The translations under genes were made by a program, and so were the position numbers. Positions 8,767 to 18,470 of a stretch of DNA of 64,000 bases are shown piece by piece. Source of the stretch: Myxococcota bacterium (GTDB taxonomy: Bacteria > Myxococcota_A > UBA796 > UBA2385); the NCBI GenBank assembly GCA_044344255.1, contig JBIJDH010000002.1:416001-480000 (forward strand), written 5' to 3'. Numbering within the stretch: the stretch's first letter is position 1; the number at the start of each line of letters is the position of its first letter. The notes under the pieces were generated by a model. The model made no database searches. It had not been told where the DNA came from and was given only the letters and a program-made list of their open reading frames with translations.

Positions 8767-10614
8767 TCAGAGGTCGCCGTACGGGCCGCGCCTCCAGCCG
8801 GAGAGGATGAGCGCGGACCAGAGGCGTCGCCGGTGGTCCACCGTCCCCGCGAAGTGCTCCTGCAGCACCACCCGCAGGCGGTCCGGGGGGATGAGGTCCT
8901 CCACCCCCTCCTCGAGGTCCTTCAAGAGGTGGCGGCAGGGCCCGCGTAGCCAGGGCCCCACCGGCGTGCCGAAGCCCTGCTTGCGGCGGGCGAGGGTCTC
9001 CGGCGGCAGGAGGTGGGCGACCGCTCGCCGCAGTACGGCCTTGCGCTCGCGGCCCTGTAGCTTGACGTTGAGCGGCATGTCGGCCGACATCTCGACGATG
9101 GAGTGATCGAGGTAGGGGCTCCGCACCTCGATGCCGTGGGCCATGCTGGCGCGGTCCACCTTCACGAGCACGCCATCGGAGAGGTAGAGGCGCTGATCGA
9201 GGTACATCGAGCGGGAGACCCGGTCGGTGCCCGCCGCCGCGAGGGCGTGCGCGTCGACCACCGTCCAGACCGCCTCGTCGCAGCGCAGCTCCTCGGGCAG
9301 CCAGGCCCCCATCCAGACTTGATGGCGCCGCGCCCAGGGGAGGCCGAGGCCCTCGACGAAGCGGCGGGCCATGTAGTCCGGCGTCACCCCCTCGAAGGAG
9401 GTGTGCATCCGCCGAGAGAGCGCGCCGAGGCCCGCTCGGAGGGGGTTGGCGAAGGGGGCCGCGCGGTGGGCGAGGACGGTCGGGTAGCCGGCGAAGAGCT
9501 CGTCGGCGCCGTCGCCGGAGAGCACGCAGCGGAGCCCGCTCTCGGAGACCAGCTCCATCAGCCGCCAGGTGGCCACGAGCGAGCTGTCGGCCAAGGGCTC
9601 GTCCATGTGGGCCGAGATGGCGGCATACAGCCGCGGCAGGTCCTCGGGGCCGAGGCGCGCTTCGCGATGATCGGTGCCGAGGGCGTTGGCCACCTGTCGC
9701 GCCGCTTGCGACTCGTCGAAGCCGGGGGCGTCGACGGCGACGGAGAAGGTGGGCACCGGCCGCTCGCTCCAGCCTTGGGCCAGGGCCACGATGGCGCTCG
9801 AGTCGAGGCCGCCGCTGAGCAGGTACCCCACCTCCACGTCGGCGGAGACCCGCTGCTTGGTGGCCACCTGGAGCGCGCCGAAGAGAGACTTCGACCAACG
9901 CTCCAGGTCGCCGTCCGGGCCGGACCGGGGGACGGGCGGCGTCCACCAGCGGGCCTGCTGGACACCCTCGGCGCGGAGGACGAGGGAGGTGCCCGGCTCC
10001 AGCTTCTGGACGCCCTCCCAGGGTGTCCAGGGGGTCGGGATGTACTCGAAGAGCAGGCAGGCCTGCAAGGCCACCCGGTTCGGCCGGCGGGAGGCGCCGG
10101 GCAAGGCGTGCAGCGCGCGGAGCTCGGAGGCCCAGGCGACGGTTCCGTCGGGGAGCTGTGTCCAATAGAGCGGCTTCTTCCCAGCTCGATCGCGAACGAG
10201 CGTGACCGTCTCCAAGACGGTGTCGATCACCGCGAGGGCGAACATCCCGTGGAGGCGGTCAAGCGCGGTCTGGAGGCCGGCGTAGCCGATGAGCTGGGCC
10301 ACCACCTCCGTGTCGGAGGCGCTGCGGAAGGTCACCCCGCTGCCTCGAAGCTCGGCGCGGAGGCTGCGGTGATTGTACACCTCACCGTTCATGAACACCC
10401 GGTACCGGCCGCTGTCGTCGCGGGCGGGCTGGTTGCCCTGCTCCAGGTCGACGAGCGAGAGGCGACGGACCCCCACCACCGCCCAAGGTGGGCTCCCGTA
10501 GCGCTCGACGGTCTCGTCATCGGGGCCACGGTGGGCGATAGAGCGCGCCATCTCGAGCACCCGAGCCGGCTCGTCAACGCCCCCCGACTTGTACAGTCCG
10601 GCGATTCCGCACAT
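8767..10614 (-). CDS. asnB: Asparagine synthase (glutamine-hydrolysing) family amidotransferase
   Basis: MCGIAG, HRGPD, NGEVYNH, SDTEV, LLSGGLDSS, LSGDGADELFAGY, KVDRASMAHGIEVRSPYLD, RKQGFGTP. Confidence 0.93.
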   Translation of the reverse strand: MCGIAGLYKSGGVDEPARVLEMARSIAHRGPDDETVERYGSPPWAVVGVRRLSLVDLEQGNQPARDDSGRYRVFMNGEVYNHRSLRAELRGSGVTFRSASDTEVVAQLIGYAGLQTALDRLHGMFALAVIDTVLETVTLVRDRAGKKPLYWTQLPDGTVAWASELRALHALPGASRRPNRVALQACLLFEYIPTPWTPWEGVQKLEPGTSLVLRAEGVQQARWWTPPVPRSGPDGDLERWSKSLFGALQVATKQRVSADVEVGYLLSGGLDSSAIVALAQGWSERPVPTFSVAVDAPGFDESQAARQVANALGTDHREARLGPEDLPRLYAAISAHMDEPLADSSLVATWRLMELVSESGLRCVLSGDGADELFAGYPTVLAHRAAPFANPLRAGLGALSRRMHTSFEGVTPDYMARRFVEGLGLPWARRHQVWMGAWLPEELRCDEAVWTVVDAHALAAAGTDRVSRSMYLDQRLYLSDGVLVKVDRASMAHGIEVRSPYLDHSIVEMSADMPLNVKLQGRERKAVLRRAVAHLLPPETLARRKQGFGTPVGPWLRGPCRHLLKDLEEGVEDLIPPDRLRVVLQEHFAGTVDHRRRLWSALILSGWRRGPYGDL

Positions 10615-10643
10615 CTGTCCCTCCAGGACGCTCGGTCCGCACG

Positions 10644-11696
10644 TCAGTCTTCGAGCGTCGCCACGCCGGGCAGGTTTCGGGCCCGCCGGACGCGGTAGGG
10701 CGCCTTGGCTTGGATCTCATAGTGCATGCGGATCAGCACCTCAGCGATGATGCCGAGGGTGATCTCCACCACGCCGAAGATCGCGAGCATGGGGCTTACC
10801 ACGGTCAGGGCGGCTGCCATCTCTGGCTGCTCGGCCCAGCCCCAGAAGCCGAGCGCGGCGACCCCAGAGAGGCCCCCCGCGAAGACGAGCAGGAAGCCCA
10901 CCCAGCCGAAGAAGTAGATGGGCGTCACATAGAAGTCGCGGAGAAACTTGACGGTCGTGAGATCGAGCAAGACCTTTGGGATCCGCCCGAGGCCGTACTT
11001 GCTCTGGCCGCGGGTTCGGGCGTGGTGGCGAACGGGTACCTCGAGGATGCGGGCCCCCGCCCAGGTCACATAGATCGGGATGAAACGGTGCATCTCCCCG
11101 TAGAGCGGGATGTCTTTGATGTACTCGCGCTTGTACACCCGCAGCGTGCAGCCGTAGTCGTGGAGCGGCACCTTGGAGAGCGCGCTGATCAGCCAGTTCG
11201 CCATCCGGCTCGGGAGGGTGCGGGAGAGCCAGGCATCCTGGCGGTCCTTTCTCCAGCCGCACACCACGTCACAGTCGGTGAGGTGGGCCAGCATCCGGGG
11301 GATGTCGGCGGGGTCGTTCTGGAGGTCGGCGTCCAGGGTGACGAGCACCGGGGCCCTCGCGTTGCGGATGCCCGCGGTGAGCGCCGCCGTCTGTCCGTAG
11401 TTGCGGACGAAGTGCAGGACCCGCACCCGCTCGTCCTGGTCCGCGAGGTGGTCGAGGGCGCGGGCGCTGCCGTCCCGGCTGCCGTCGTTGACGAGCAGGA
11501 GCTCCCAACGACGGTCTCCCATGGCGGCGACGATCGCCGAATAGAGGGGCTCTATATTTCCTTCTTCATCGTACACCGGCACGACGAGGCTGACCTCGGG
11601 GAGCGCAGCCGGCGGGCGTGGGCCAGAGGGGGCAGGCTCAGGCGGGATCGCCAGGGCAGGAGTAGGCCCAGGTGCTGAGCTGGTCGGCGTTCCCAT
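10644..11696 (-). CDS. Glycosyltransferase family 2, ArnC/GtrB-like with two C-terminal TM helices
   Basis: SLVVPVYDEE, VNDGSRD, RNYGQTAA, LDADLQNDP, LHDYGCTLR, LYGEMHRFIP, SKYG. Start uncertain because it overlaps the upstream gene. Confidence 0.88.
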   Translation of the reverse strand: MGTPTSSAPGPTPALAIPPEPAPSGPRPPAALPEVSLVVPVYDEEGNIEPLYSAIVAAMGDRRWELLLVNDGSRDGSARALDHLADQDERVRVLHFVRNYGQTAALTAGIRNARAPVLVTLDADLQNDPADIPRMLAHLTDCDVVCGWRKDRQDAWLSRTLPSRMANWLISALSKVPLHDYGCTLRVYKREYIKDIPLYGEMHRFIPIYVTWAGARILEVPVRHHARTRGQSKYGLGRIPKVLLDLTTVKFLRDFYVTPIYFFGWVGFLLVFAGGLSGVAALGFWGWAEQPEMAAALTVVSPMLAIFGVVEITLGIIAEVLIRMHYEIQAKAPYRVRRARNLPGVATLED

Positions 11697-12645
11697 CGAT
11701 GTCCCAATCGGTGCGCTCCTCGACGGGGCGCCCCTCGCTGTCGTGGAGCCAGGTCCACCGGGTGATGTTGTGGTCGGCGTCGATGGACTCCGCCGATTCG
11801 AGCAGGCAGTCGGCGTAGACGCGGGTGGTGCTGAGGTCGGGTGTGCCGTCGGCGTCTGCGTCCTCGGCCTCGACGGTCAGGTTGCCGAGCGCGTCGTACG
11901 TGTAGGTGATCGACTCGTCCGTGACCCCGTCGGCGTCGGCGTCGGTGCGCTCCTCGATCACGCGCCCCGCCTCCACGGTCCAGCTCCGGCGGAAGTCGGC
12001 GACGCCATCTCCGCCATAGTCCCACTCCTCGAGCACCGGGAGCTCCCCCTCCCAGACTCGGGTGACGGAAGAGTCACCCTGTCCGTCGAGGTCGGCGTCC
12101 TCTTCCTCGAAGGTGATGTGGCCCAGGCCGTCGGTCTCGTAGCGCCACTGCTTGTCCAGGACGCCGTCGGAGCCCGCGTCGTAGGACTTGCCGGTGGGCT
12201 CCCCATCGCCGTCGTAGGCCCAGGTGTAGGTGTAGAGCGCGCGCCCCACGCACCACTCGAGCTCGGGCGCGCCGTCCGGCCGCCAGGCGTAGCCGCAGAG
12301 GACCCAGTCATCGGGATCTTCGCTGCTCTGCTCATCAAAGGAGGAGAGCTGGCCGACCGCGTCGTAGAGCGCGCGAGAGCGGGTGAGCCTGCGGCCGTCG
12401 GACTGGTCATCCTCCGATCCGGTCACGAGGCAGCCGGGGAGGGGAGGGGAGGGATCGTAGGGCGCGCAGACAGGCGCCTCGTCGTCGGCGTCGTCGGCGT
12501 CGGCGAGCTCGGCCTCCTTGCCGCCGCAGGCGCTGAACAGGCTCACGAGCCCGAGGCCGAGGAGCGCGCGGTTGGACGAAGGCGGGCCCGCGCAGCGGAG
12601 CAGGGAGCGCTGAGGACGCACGATCGGCCTCCGGTGAGCCCGCAT
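11638..12645 (-). CDS. Putative lipoprotein with repeated YxYD / DxDxDGxxD motifs
   Basis: Lipobox LFSAC. Repeats include YTWAYDGDG, DAGSDGVLD, DADLDGQGD, DYGGDGVAD, DADADGVTD, YTYDALGN, DADADGTPD, DWDIDGNAD. Confidence 0.72.
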   Translation of the reverse strand: MRAHRRPIVRPQRSLLRCAGPPSSNRALLGLGLVSLFSACGGKEAELADADDADDEAPVCAPYDPSPPLPGCLVTGSEDDQSDGRRLTRSRALYDAVGQLSSFDEQSSEDPDDWVLCGYAWRPDGAPELEWCVGRALYTYTWAYDGDGEPTGKSYDAGSDGVLDKQWRYETDGLGHITFEEEDADLDGQGDSSVTRVWEGELPVLEEWDYGGDGVADFRRSWTVEAGRVIEERTDADADGVTDESITYTYDALGNLTVEAEDADADGTPDLSTTRVYADCLLESAESIDADHNITRWTWLHDSEGRPVEERTDWDIDGNADQLSTWAYSCPGDPA

Positions 12646-12695
12646 CCTACCGCGCGCGGCCCGGCGCGGGCGCCGCTCGGTTATCAGCCGGCCTC

Positions 12696-14210
12696 ATGTC
12701 GCCCTCTATTGCCTCGCCTGTCCCCCTCCGCCCGCTCCGAAAGGTGCTCATCGCGAACCGCGGGGAGATCGCGGTCCGCATCATCCGCGGCTGCCACGAG
12801 CGCGGCTTGCAGACGGTGGCGGTCTTCTCAGAGGCTGACCGCCTCGCCCTGCACGTCCGCAGCGCTGGAGAGGCCGTCTGCATCGGCAAGCCGCCGAGCC
12901 GCGAGAGCTACCTCGTGGCCGAGCGCATCATCGCCGCCGCCCTGCAGACCGGCGCCGACGCCATTCATCCCGGCTACGGCTTCCTCTCCGAGAACGCTGT
13001 CTTTGCGCAGCAGGTGCTGGACGCGGGCCTCATCTGGATCGGGCCGCCCCCCTCGGCCATCGCCGCGATGGGCAGCAAGACGGAGAGCCGCGCCCGGATG
13101 GTGGCGGCGGGCGTGCCGGTCGTGCCCGGCACCACCGAGCCCTTGCGCTCGGAGGCCGAGGCGATCGAGGTCGCCCGTTCGATCGGCTACCCCGTGATGC
13201 TCAAGGCGGCCTCGGGCGGCGGTGGTAAGGGGATGCGCCGTGTGGATCGGGAGGAAGACCTCCTCTCCTCGCTCCGCACGGCCCGCTCGGAGGCCCAGTC
13301 CTCGTTCTCCGATGACGCGGTCTATGTCGAGAAGCTGATCCTCGAGCCCCGCCACGTCGAGGTGCAGGTGCTGGCCGACCGCTACGGCCACACCGTGCAC
13401 CTCTTCGAGCGCGAGTGTTCGATCCAGCGTCGCAACCAGAAGGTCGTCGAAGAGTCGCCCTGCCCCGTGCTCTCCGCCGAGACCCGCGCTGCGATGACGG
13501 CCGTGGCCGTGCAGGCGGCGAAGGCGGTCGGCTACGAGAGCGCCGGCACCTGCGAGTTCCTCTACGGAGCCGACGGCAGCTTCTACTTCCTCGAGATGAA
13601 CACGCGCCTGCAGGTCGAGCACCCGATCACCGAGCTCGTGACCGGGGTCGACCTCGTGCACGCCCAGCTCCGCGTGGCAGCGGGCGAGCCCCTCTGGTTT
13701 CAGCAGTCTGACCTCTCCCAGCGCGGCCACGCCATCGAGCTGCGCGTGTACGCGGAGGACCCTGCGGCCAACTGGGCACCCTCTCCCGGCACGGTCACGG
13801 GCTATCGCGAGCCCGCCGGCCCCTGGGTTCGGGTGGACGGCTGCGTCGTGCAAGGCGGGGAGGTGCCGATCTACTACGACCCCATGGTCGCCAAGCTGGC
13901 GGTCTGGGGCAGCACACGCGAAGAGGCCATCATCCGGGCCTCGCGGGCGCTGCGCGAGTACCGCGTGCGCGGGATCCGAACCTCGATCCCCTTCTTTCGG
14001 GCCCTGATGGCCGACGAAGACTTCCGCGCCGGCCGCACCCACACGGGCTTTCTGAGCCCCGAGCGGATGGACCGCCTCTGCGCCGCCAGCCGCGAAGACG
14101 AGGTGGCCACACTCGCCGCGGCCATCGCCGCCCTGCAGCGTGACTCCGCCCTGAAGCGCCCGGCTGAGGCCAGCGCTGACGTCAACCGCTGGAAGTGGAG
14201 CCTCCGATGA
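12696..14210 (+). CDS. Acyl-CoA (probably propionyl-CoA) carboxylase, biotin carboxylase subunit
   Basis: KVLIANRGEIA, IHPGYGFLSEN, KAASGGGGKGMR, ERECSIQRRNQK, FLEMNTRLQVEH, YYDPMVAK. Confidence 0.95.
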   Translation: MSPSIASPVPLRPLRKVLIANRGEIAVRIIRGCHERGLQTVAVFSEADRLALHVRSAGEAVCIGKPPSRESYLVAERIIAAALQTGADAIHPGYGFLSENAVFAQQVLDAGLIWIGPPPSAIAAMGSKTESRARMVAAGVPVVPGTTEPLRSEAEAIEVARSIGYPVMLKAASGGGGKGMRRVDREEDLLSSLRTARSEAQSSFSDDAVYVEKLILEPRHVEVQVLADRYGHTVHLFERECSIQRRNQKVVEESPCPVLSAETRAAMTAVAVQAAKAVGYESAGTCEFLYGADGSFYFLEMNTRLQVEHPITELVTGVDLVHAQLRVAAGEPLWFQQSDLSQRGHAIELRVYAEDPAANWAPSPGTVTGYREPAGPWVRVDGCVVQGGEVPIYYDPMVAKLAVWGSTREEAIIRASRALREYRVRGIRTSIPFFRALMADEDFRAGRTHTGFLSPERMDRLCAASREDEVATLAAAIAALQRDSALKRPAEASADVNRWKWSLR

Positions 14211-14734
14211 GCGCCAGCACCTACGAGATCACCACGGGCGGGGTCACGCGCCTCGTCCAGATCGAGGCCGCCGGAGAGGGGATCGGCGGCCAGGGCTGGC
14301 GCTACCGCATCTCGATCGATGGCGGCCCGGTCGTGCTCGTGGAGGCCCAGCGCCCCGAGCAAGGCTTGCTCTCCTTGCTCATCGACGGTCGCTCGCTCGA
14401 CGTCGGCGTGCTGCCCACCGAGGAGGGCTTCGAGTGCGACGTGCTCGGCATCCCCCACGAGGTGGGCGTGGTCGACCCCCAGCGCCGCCCCCTCCGGCAC
14501 GCCGGCTCCGACGGCGCCGCCGTGATCAAGGCGCAGATGCCCGGCCGCATCGTACGGCGGCTCGTCGAGGAGGGCGCGGTGGTCGGGAAGGGCGATCCTC
14601 TGCTCGTCGTCGAGGCGATGAAGATGGAGAACGAGATCAAGGCGCCGCGGCCAGGGCGGGTGCTCCGCTTCGCGGTGGCGGTGGGGGATCTCGTGGAGGC
14701 CCGCGCCCTGTTGGTGGAGCTCGGGGACCTGTAG
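14207..14734 (+). CDS. Biotin carboxyl carrier protein
   Basis: MPGRIV...VVEAMKMENEIKAP biotinylation motif. ATGA overlap with the carboxylase stop. Confidence 0.93.
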   Translation: MSASTYEITTGGVTRLVQIEAAGEGIGGQGWRYRISIDGGPVVLVEAQRPEQGLLSLLIDGRSLDVGVLPTEEGFECDVLGIPHEVGVVDPQRRPLRHAGSDGAAVIKAQMPGRIVRRLVEEGAVVGKGDPLLVVEAMKMENEIKAPRPGRVLRFAVAVGDLVEARALLVELGDL

Positions 14735-14803
14735 TCGCCCCCATCGTCTCTGATTCGGTGTGTACGTACTGCTCCGGTCTCGAGCAGACCGTCGGGAGCC
14801 CAG

Positions 14804-16441
14804 ATGTCCGAGAGTCGAAGCGAGTGGGAGGCCAGGGTCCTGGCCCGGGCAAAGGCCAAGGGTGGGACGCGCAAGGCGCGCTTTAGCCGGTCGGGTGGAG
14901 AGGCGGTCGCCGATCTCTATAGCCCCGAGCGGCCCCCCCAGGGCGTGGGCTTCCCGGCGGAGTTCCCGTATACACGGGGTATCCAGCCGACGATGTACCG
15001 TGGCCGACTGTGGACGATGCGGCAATACGCCGGCTTCGGGACGGCCCGCGAGTCGAACGAGCGCTACCGCTACCTCCTCTCCCAGGGCACGACGGGCCTC
15101 TCGGTGGCCTTCGATCTGCCCACCCAGATGGGCTACGACTCCGACCACCCGAAGTCCGCGGGTGAGGTGGGCAAGGTGGGCGTGGCCATCGACTCCATCG
15201 ATGACATGGCCGTGCTCTTCGACGGCATCCCGCTCGACCGCGTGAGCACCTCGATGACCATCAACGCCACAGCGGGCACGCTGCTGGCGCTCTACATGGC
15301 CGTCGCCAAGGGCCAGGGGGTCCGCGGCGATCAGCTCCGCGGCACCATTCAGAACGACGTGCTCAAGGAGTACATGGCGCGGGGCACCTACATCTACCCG
15401 CCCCGGGCCTCGATGCGGCTCATCACCGACATCTTCGCCTTCTCCCGGAAGGAGGCGCCATCTTGGAACACCATCTCGATCAGCGGCTACCACATCCGGG
15501 AGGCCGGCTGCACCGCCGCGCAAGAGATCGCCTTCACGCTGGCCGACGGCGTGGCCTATGTGGAAGCCGCGCTCGCGGCGGGGCTCGCGGTCGATGACTT
15601 CGCACCGCAGCTCAGCTTCTTCTTCAACGCGCACAACAACCTGCTGGAGGAGGTGGCCAAGTTCCGCGCGGCACGTCGGATGTGGGCCCACCTGATGCGC
15701 GACCGCTTCGGCGCGAAGGACCCGCGCTCCTGGATGCTCCGTTTTCATACCCAGACGGCTGGCAGCACCCTGACCGCGCAGCAGGTCGACAACAACGTCG
15801 TGCGGGTGACCCTGCAGGCCTTGGCCGCGGTGCTGGGCGGCACCCAGAGCCTGCACACGAACAGCCGGGACGAGGCCCTGGCCCTGCCCACCGAGCAGAG
15901 CGCCCGCCTCGCGCTCCGCACCCAGCAGGTCATCGGCAGCGAGAGCGGGGTGGCCGACTTCGTCGATCCGCTGGGCGGCAGCTACGTCATCGAGGCGCTC
16001 ACCGACGAGCTCGAGGCGACGGCCCTGCGGTACATGGCCGAGATCGACGGCCTGGGCGGCATGGTCCGGGCGATCGAGGAGGGCTTCCCGCAGCGGGAGA
16101 TCCAGAACGCCGCCTACGCCGCCCAGGTCGAACAGGACCGCGGGGAGCGTGAGGTGGTCGGGCTCAACACCGCGGTGATGGCGCCAGAGCCCGAGCCCGA
16201 CACCCTCCGCGTCTCACCCACCCTCGAGGCAGAGCAGGTGGCCCGCCTCCAGGCCTTCCGCCGCCACCGGGCCGCCGCGCCGGCCCGCGAGGCCCTCGAC
16301 GCCGTCCAGCAAGCGGCCTCCGGGGAGGAGAACCTGATGCCGCGCATCCTCCACGCGGTCGAGTCGCGCTGCACCCTGGGCGAGATCGCCGACGCGCTGC
16401 GCGCTGTCTTCGGCGAATACCGAGAGCGGGTCGTGATCTGA
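14804..16441 (+). CDS. Methylmalonyl-CoA mutase, substrate-binding subunit (no B12-binding domain)
   Basis: [73 protein letters not shown]. No DxHxxG domain. Confidence 0.94.
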   Translation: MSESRSEWEARVLARAKAKGGTRKARFSRSGGEAVADLYSPERPPQGVGFPAEFPYTRGIQPTMYRGRLWTMRQYAGFGTARESNERYRYLLSQGTTGLSVAFDLPTQMGYDSDHPKSAGEVGKVGVAIDSIDDMAVLFDGIPLDRVSTSMTINATAGTLLALYMAVAKGQGVRGDQLRGTIQNDVLKEYMARGTYIYPPRASMRLITDIFAFSRKEAPSWNTISISGYHIREAGCTAAQEIAFTLADGVAYVEAALAAGLAVDDFAPQLSFFFNAHNNLLEEVAKFRAARRMWAHLMRDRFGAKDPRSWMLRFHTQTAGSTLTAQQVDNNVVRVTLQALAAVLGGTQSLHTNSRDEALALPTEQSARLALRTQQVIGSESGVADFVDPLGGSYVIEALTDELEATALRYMAEIDGLGGMVRAIEEGFPQREIQNAAYAAQVEQDRGEREVVGLNTAVMAPEPEPDTLRVSPTLEAEQVARLQAFRRHRAAAPAREALDAVQQAASGEENLMPRILHAVESRCTLGEIADALRAVFGEYRERVVI

Positions 16442-16469
16442 GGAGGGCTCCGCGCAGCGGCGCGGGCGC

Positions 16470-17060
16470 TCAAAAGGTGTAGGCGACCGTCGTTGTGTCG
16501 AGGAGCAGGCGCAGCTCTCCGCCGCTGGACGTGTAGGCGGCCTCGTAGGCCCCCGCCAGCGGCGCGAGCTGGAAGCGCAGCGTCTCCATGGCGTAGGCCT
16601 CGCACATGTCCCCGTTGGACTCATGTTGGAGGATGAGCCGCGCGCCGACTGGCTCGGACTCGAGGAAGGCGCCATCCCAGCAGAGGCGGAACCAGTGCTC
16701 CTCGCAGCCCCCGCCGTAGCCGAGCTCGACGACCAGCTCCCCGTCGACCGCGTGCGCGGCGCTCAGATCGTAGCGGTCGACCGCCTCGAAGGGCTCGCAG
16801 ATGACCAGGTCCGTTCGGGTCTCGGTCACGGGGCCCGTGACCACCTCGACCCCGCTGCCGCCGTCCGTCCCGTCCGTCCCATCGGTGCCGTCCGTCCCAT
16901 CGGTGCCGTCCGTCCCATCGGTGCCGTCGGTGCCATCCGTTCCGTCTGTCCCGCTGTCGGGGTCGTCATCGACGGCCTTGCCCGGGGCGCAGGCCACGGA
17001 CAGCAGGAGGAGGAGGCCGAGGCGGGTAGACCGCGGGGAGTGGGTCCTGGAGCGGATCAT
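16470..17060 (-). CDS. Lipoprotein with (GTD)10 linker and NigD-like C-terminal domain
   Basis: Lipobox LSVAC, then GTD repeats, then LGYGGGCEEHWFRLCWDGAFLESEP...HESNGDMCEA. Confidence 0.7.
   Translation of the reverse strand: MIRSRTHSPRSTRLGLLLLLSVACAPGKAVDDDPDSGTDGTDGTDGTDGTDGTDGTDGTDGTDGTDGGSGVEVVTGPVTETRTDLVICEPFEAVDRYDLSAAHAVDGELVVELGYGGGCEEHWFRLCWDGAFLESEPVGARLILQHESNGDMCEAYAMETLRFQLAPLAGAYEAAYTSSGGELRLLLDTTTVAYTF
16863..16952 (-). repeat. 9-bp coding tandem repeat, 10 units encoding Gly-Thr-Asp
   Basis: GGN ACN GAY x10 read directly from the sequence, with synonymous variation between units. Confidence 0.95.
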
Positions 17061-17103
17061 GGAGTCACCTCTCCCCACTGTAGCCGGATGTGCCCTCGGT
17101 CGC

Positions 17104-17922
17104 TCAGGCGCCGGCTGCGGCGGGACCATCGAGGGGCTCTCGCACTTTGGTCGTGAAGATCCAGGCGATGAGGATGCTCATGCAGTAGAGCACCGTCAAC
17201 GGCACGGCCATCAGGAACTGCGAGAAGATGTCGGTGGAGGGCGTGGCGATTCCGGCGACCAGGAAGATGGCCACGATGGCGTACTTGAAGACGCGGAGGA
17301 GGTCTTTGTGGTCGATGAGGCCGACCCGCGCGAGGAAGAAGGCCACCACCGGGAGCTGGAAGCAGACCCCGAAGGCGAGGATCAGCTTCGTCGCCATCGC
17401 GAGGTAGGCCTGGATCGACAGCACCGCCTCGACGTCCTCTCCCGACACCTCGAGGAGGAAGGGAAAGGCGTATTTGAACACCACGAAGTAGCAGAACGCT
17501 CCGCCCATCAGGAAGAGGCTGGTCGAGGCGAAGACCAGCGGAAGCACGAGCCGCTTCTCCTTTGGGTAGAGCCCGGGGGCCACGAACTGCCAGAATTGGA
17601 AGAACACCACCGGCGAAGAGGCCCCGATGCCGGCGATGGCGGCGACGCGGAACCAGGTCATGACCCCCTCGGTGGGATCGGTGATGGCCATGGTGCCGCG
17701 GCCGTTGGCGTGGATGGCGTCGACCATCGGCGCCACGAGGAAGGCCCAGATCGGATCGACATAAGCGCCCGCGAGGATGACGCCGAGGATGATGGCGGCG
17801 AGCGAGATCACCATTCGTCGGCGGAGCTCCCGGAGGTGCTCCATCAGCGGCATCCGGTAGGCGTCGACGGGGTTGAACTCGTCGGGGCTGCGCGGGAAGG
17901 CGTCGCCAGCGGGCTCGGTCAT
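17104..17922 (-). CDS. tatC: Twin-arginine translocase subunit TatC
   Basis: MPLMEHLRELRRR, QFWQFVAPGLYPKEKR, AFGVCFQLP, GIATPSTD; multiple TM helices. Confidence 0.96.
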   Translation of the reverse strand: MTEPAGDAFPRSPDEFNPVDAYRMPLMEHLRELRRRMVISLAAIILGVILAGAYVDPIWAFLVAPMVDAIHANGRGTMAITDPTEGVMTWFRVAAIAGIGASSPVVFFQFWQFVAPGLYPKEKRLVLPLVFASTSLFLMGGAFCYFVVFKYAFPFLLEVSGEDVEAVLSIQAYLAMATKLILAFGVCFQLPVVAFFLARVGLIDHKDLLRVFKYAIVAIFLVAGIATPSTDIFSQFLMAVPLTVLYCMSILIAWIFTTKVREPLDGPAAAGA

Positions 17923-18353
17923 GCCTGGCTCCCCTCGGGCGTCGGGATGGGCGGACGGGCGGGCTCGGCGGCGGGCTCGATGCCGGCGGGCGAGGCCGGC
18001 TCGGTGGCCGCGACCGGCTCGGCGGCCGCGGCGGGGCCCGGCGCCGCCTCGCCGAGGCTCTCGGTGGCCATCAAGGCCCGCTTGTCGGCGAGCTCCTGGG
18101 CGGCGCGGGCGCGGGCCTCGGTGGCGCGGGCGCGGGCCTCTTCTCGCTTCTTCTTGAGGTCACGGGCCCGCTCTTCGGCCTCAGCGCGGTCGGCCTCGGC
18201 CATGAAGGCGCGGCGCAGCTCATTGCTCGCCTTCATCAGCTTGCCGTACTGCCGGCCGAGGAAGCGCAAGGTCTCCGGCAGCTTGTCAGGGCCCACCACC
18301 ACGATGGCGAGCACCACGATCACGAGGATCTCTCCGAAGCCCAGGTCCAGCAT
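17919..18353 (-). CDS. tatB: Twin-arginine translocase subunit TatB
   Basis: MLDLGFGEILVIVVLAIVVVGPDKLP, amphipathic helix, coupled to tatC. Confidence 0.9.
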   Translation of the reverse strand: MLDLGFGEILVIVVLAIVVVGPDKLPETLRFLGRQYGKLMKASNELRRAFMAEADRAEAEERARDLKKKREEARARATEARARAAQELADKRALMATESLGEAAPGPAAAAEPVAATEPASPAGIEPAAEPARPPIPTPEGSQA

Positions 18354-18470
18354 GCACGGGTGTCCGACAGGGGAGCCCCTGGTATCGCGGCGCAGGGGCA
18401 GACGCCCTCTCAGCCGACCGACCCGCGCCGTTGCAGCGTGCGCGCTCGGAGGTCGCTATGATGCCTCCCC

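Noticed and set aside
16863..16952. Tandem repeat as a possible CRISPR array
   Set aside because: 9-bp in-frame coding units with no spacers and no cas genes.
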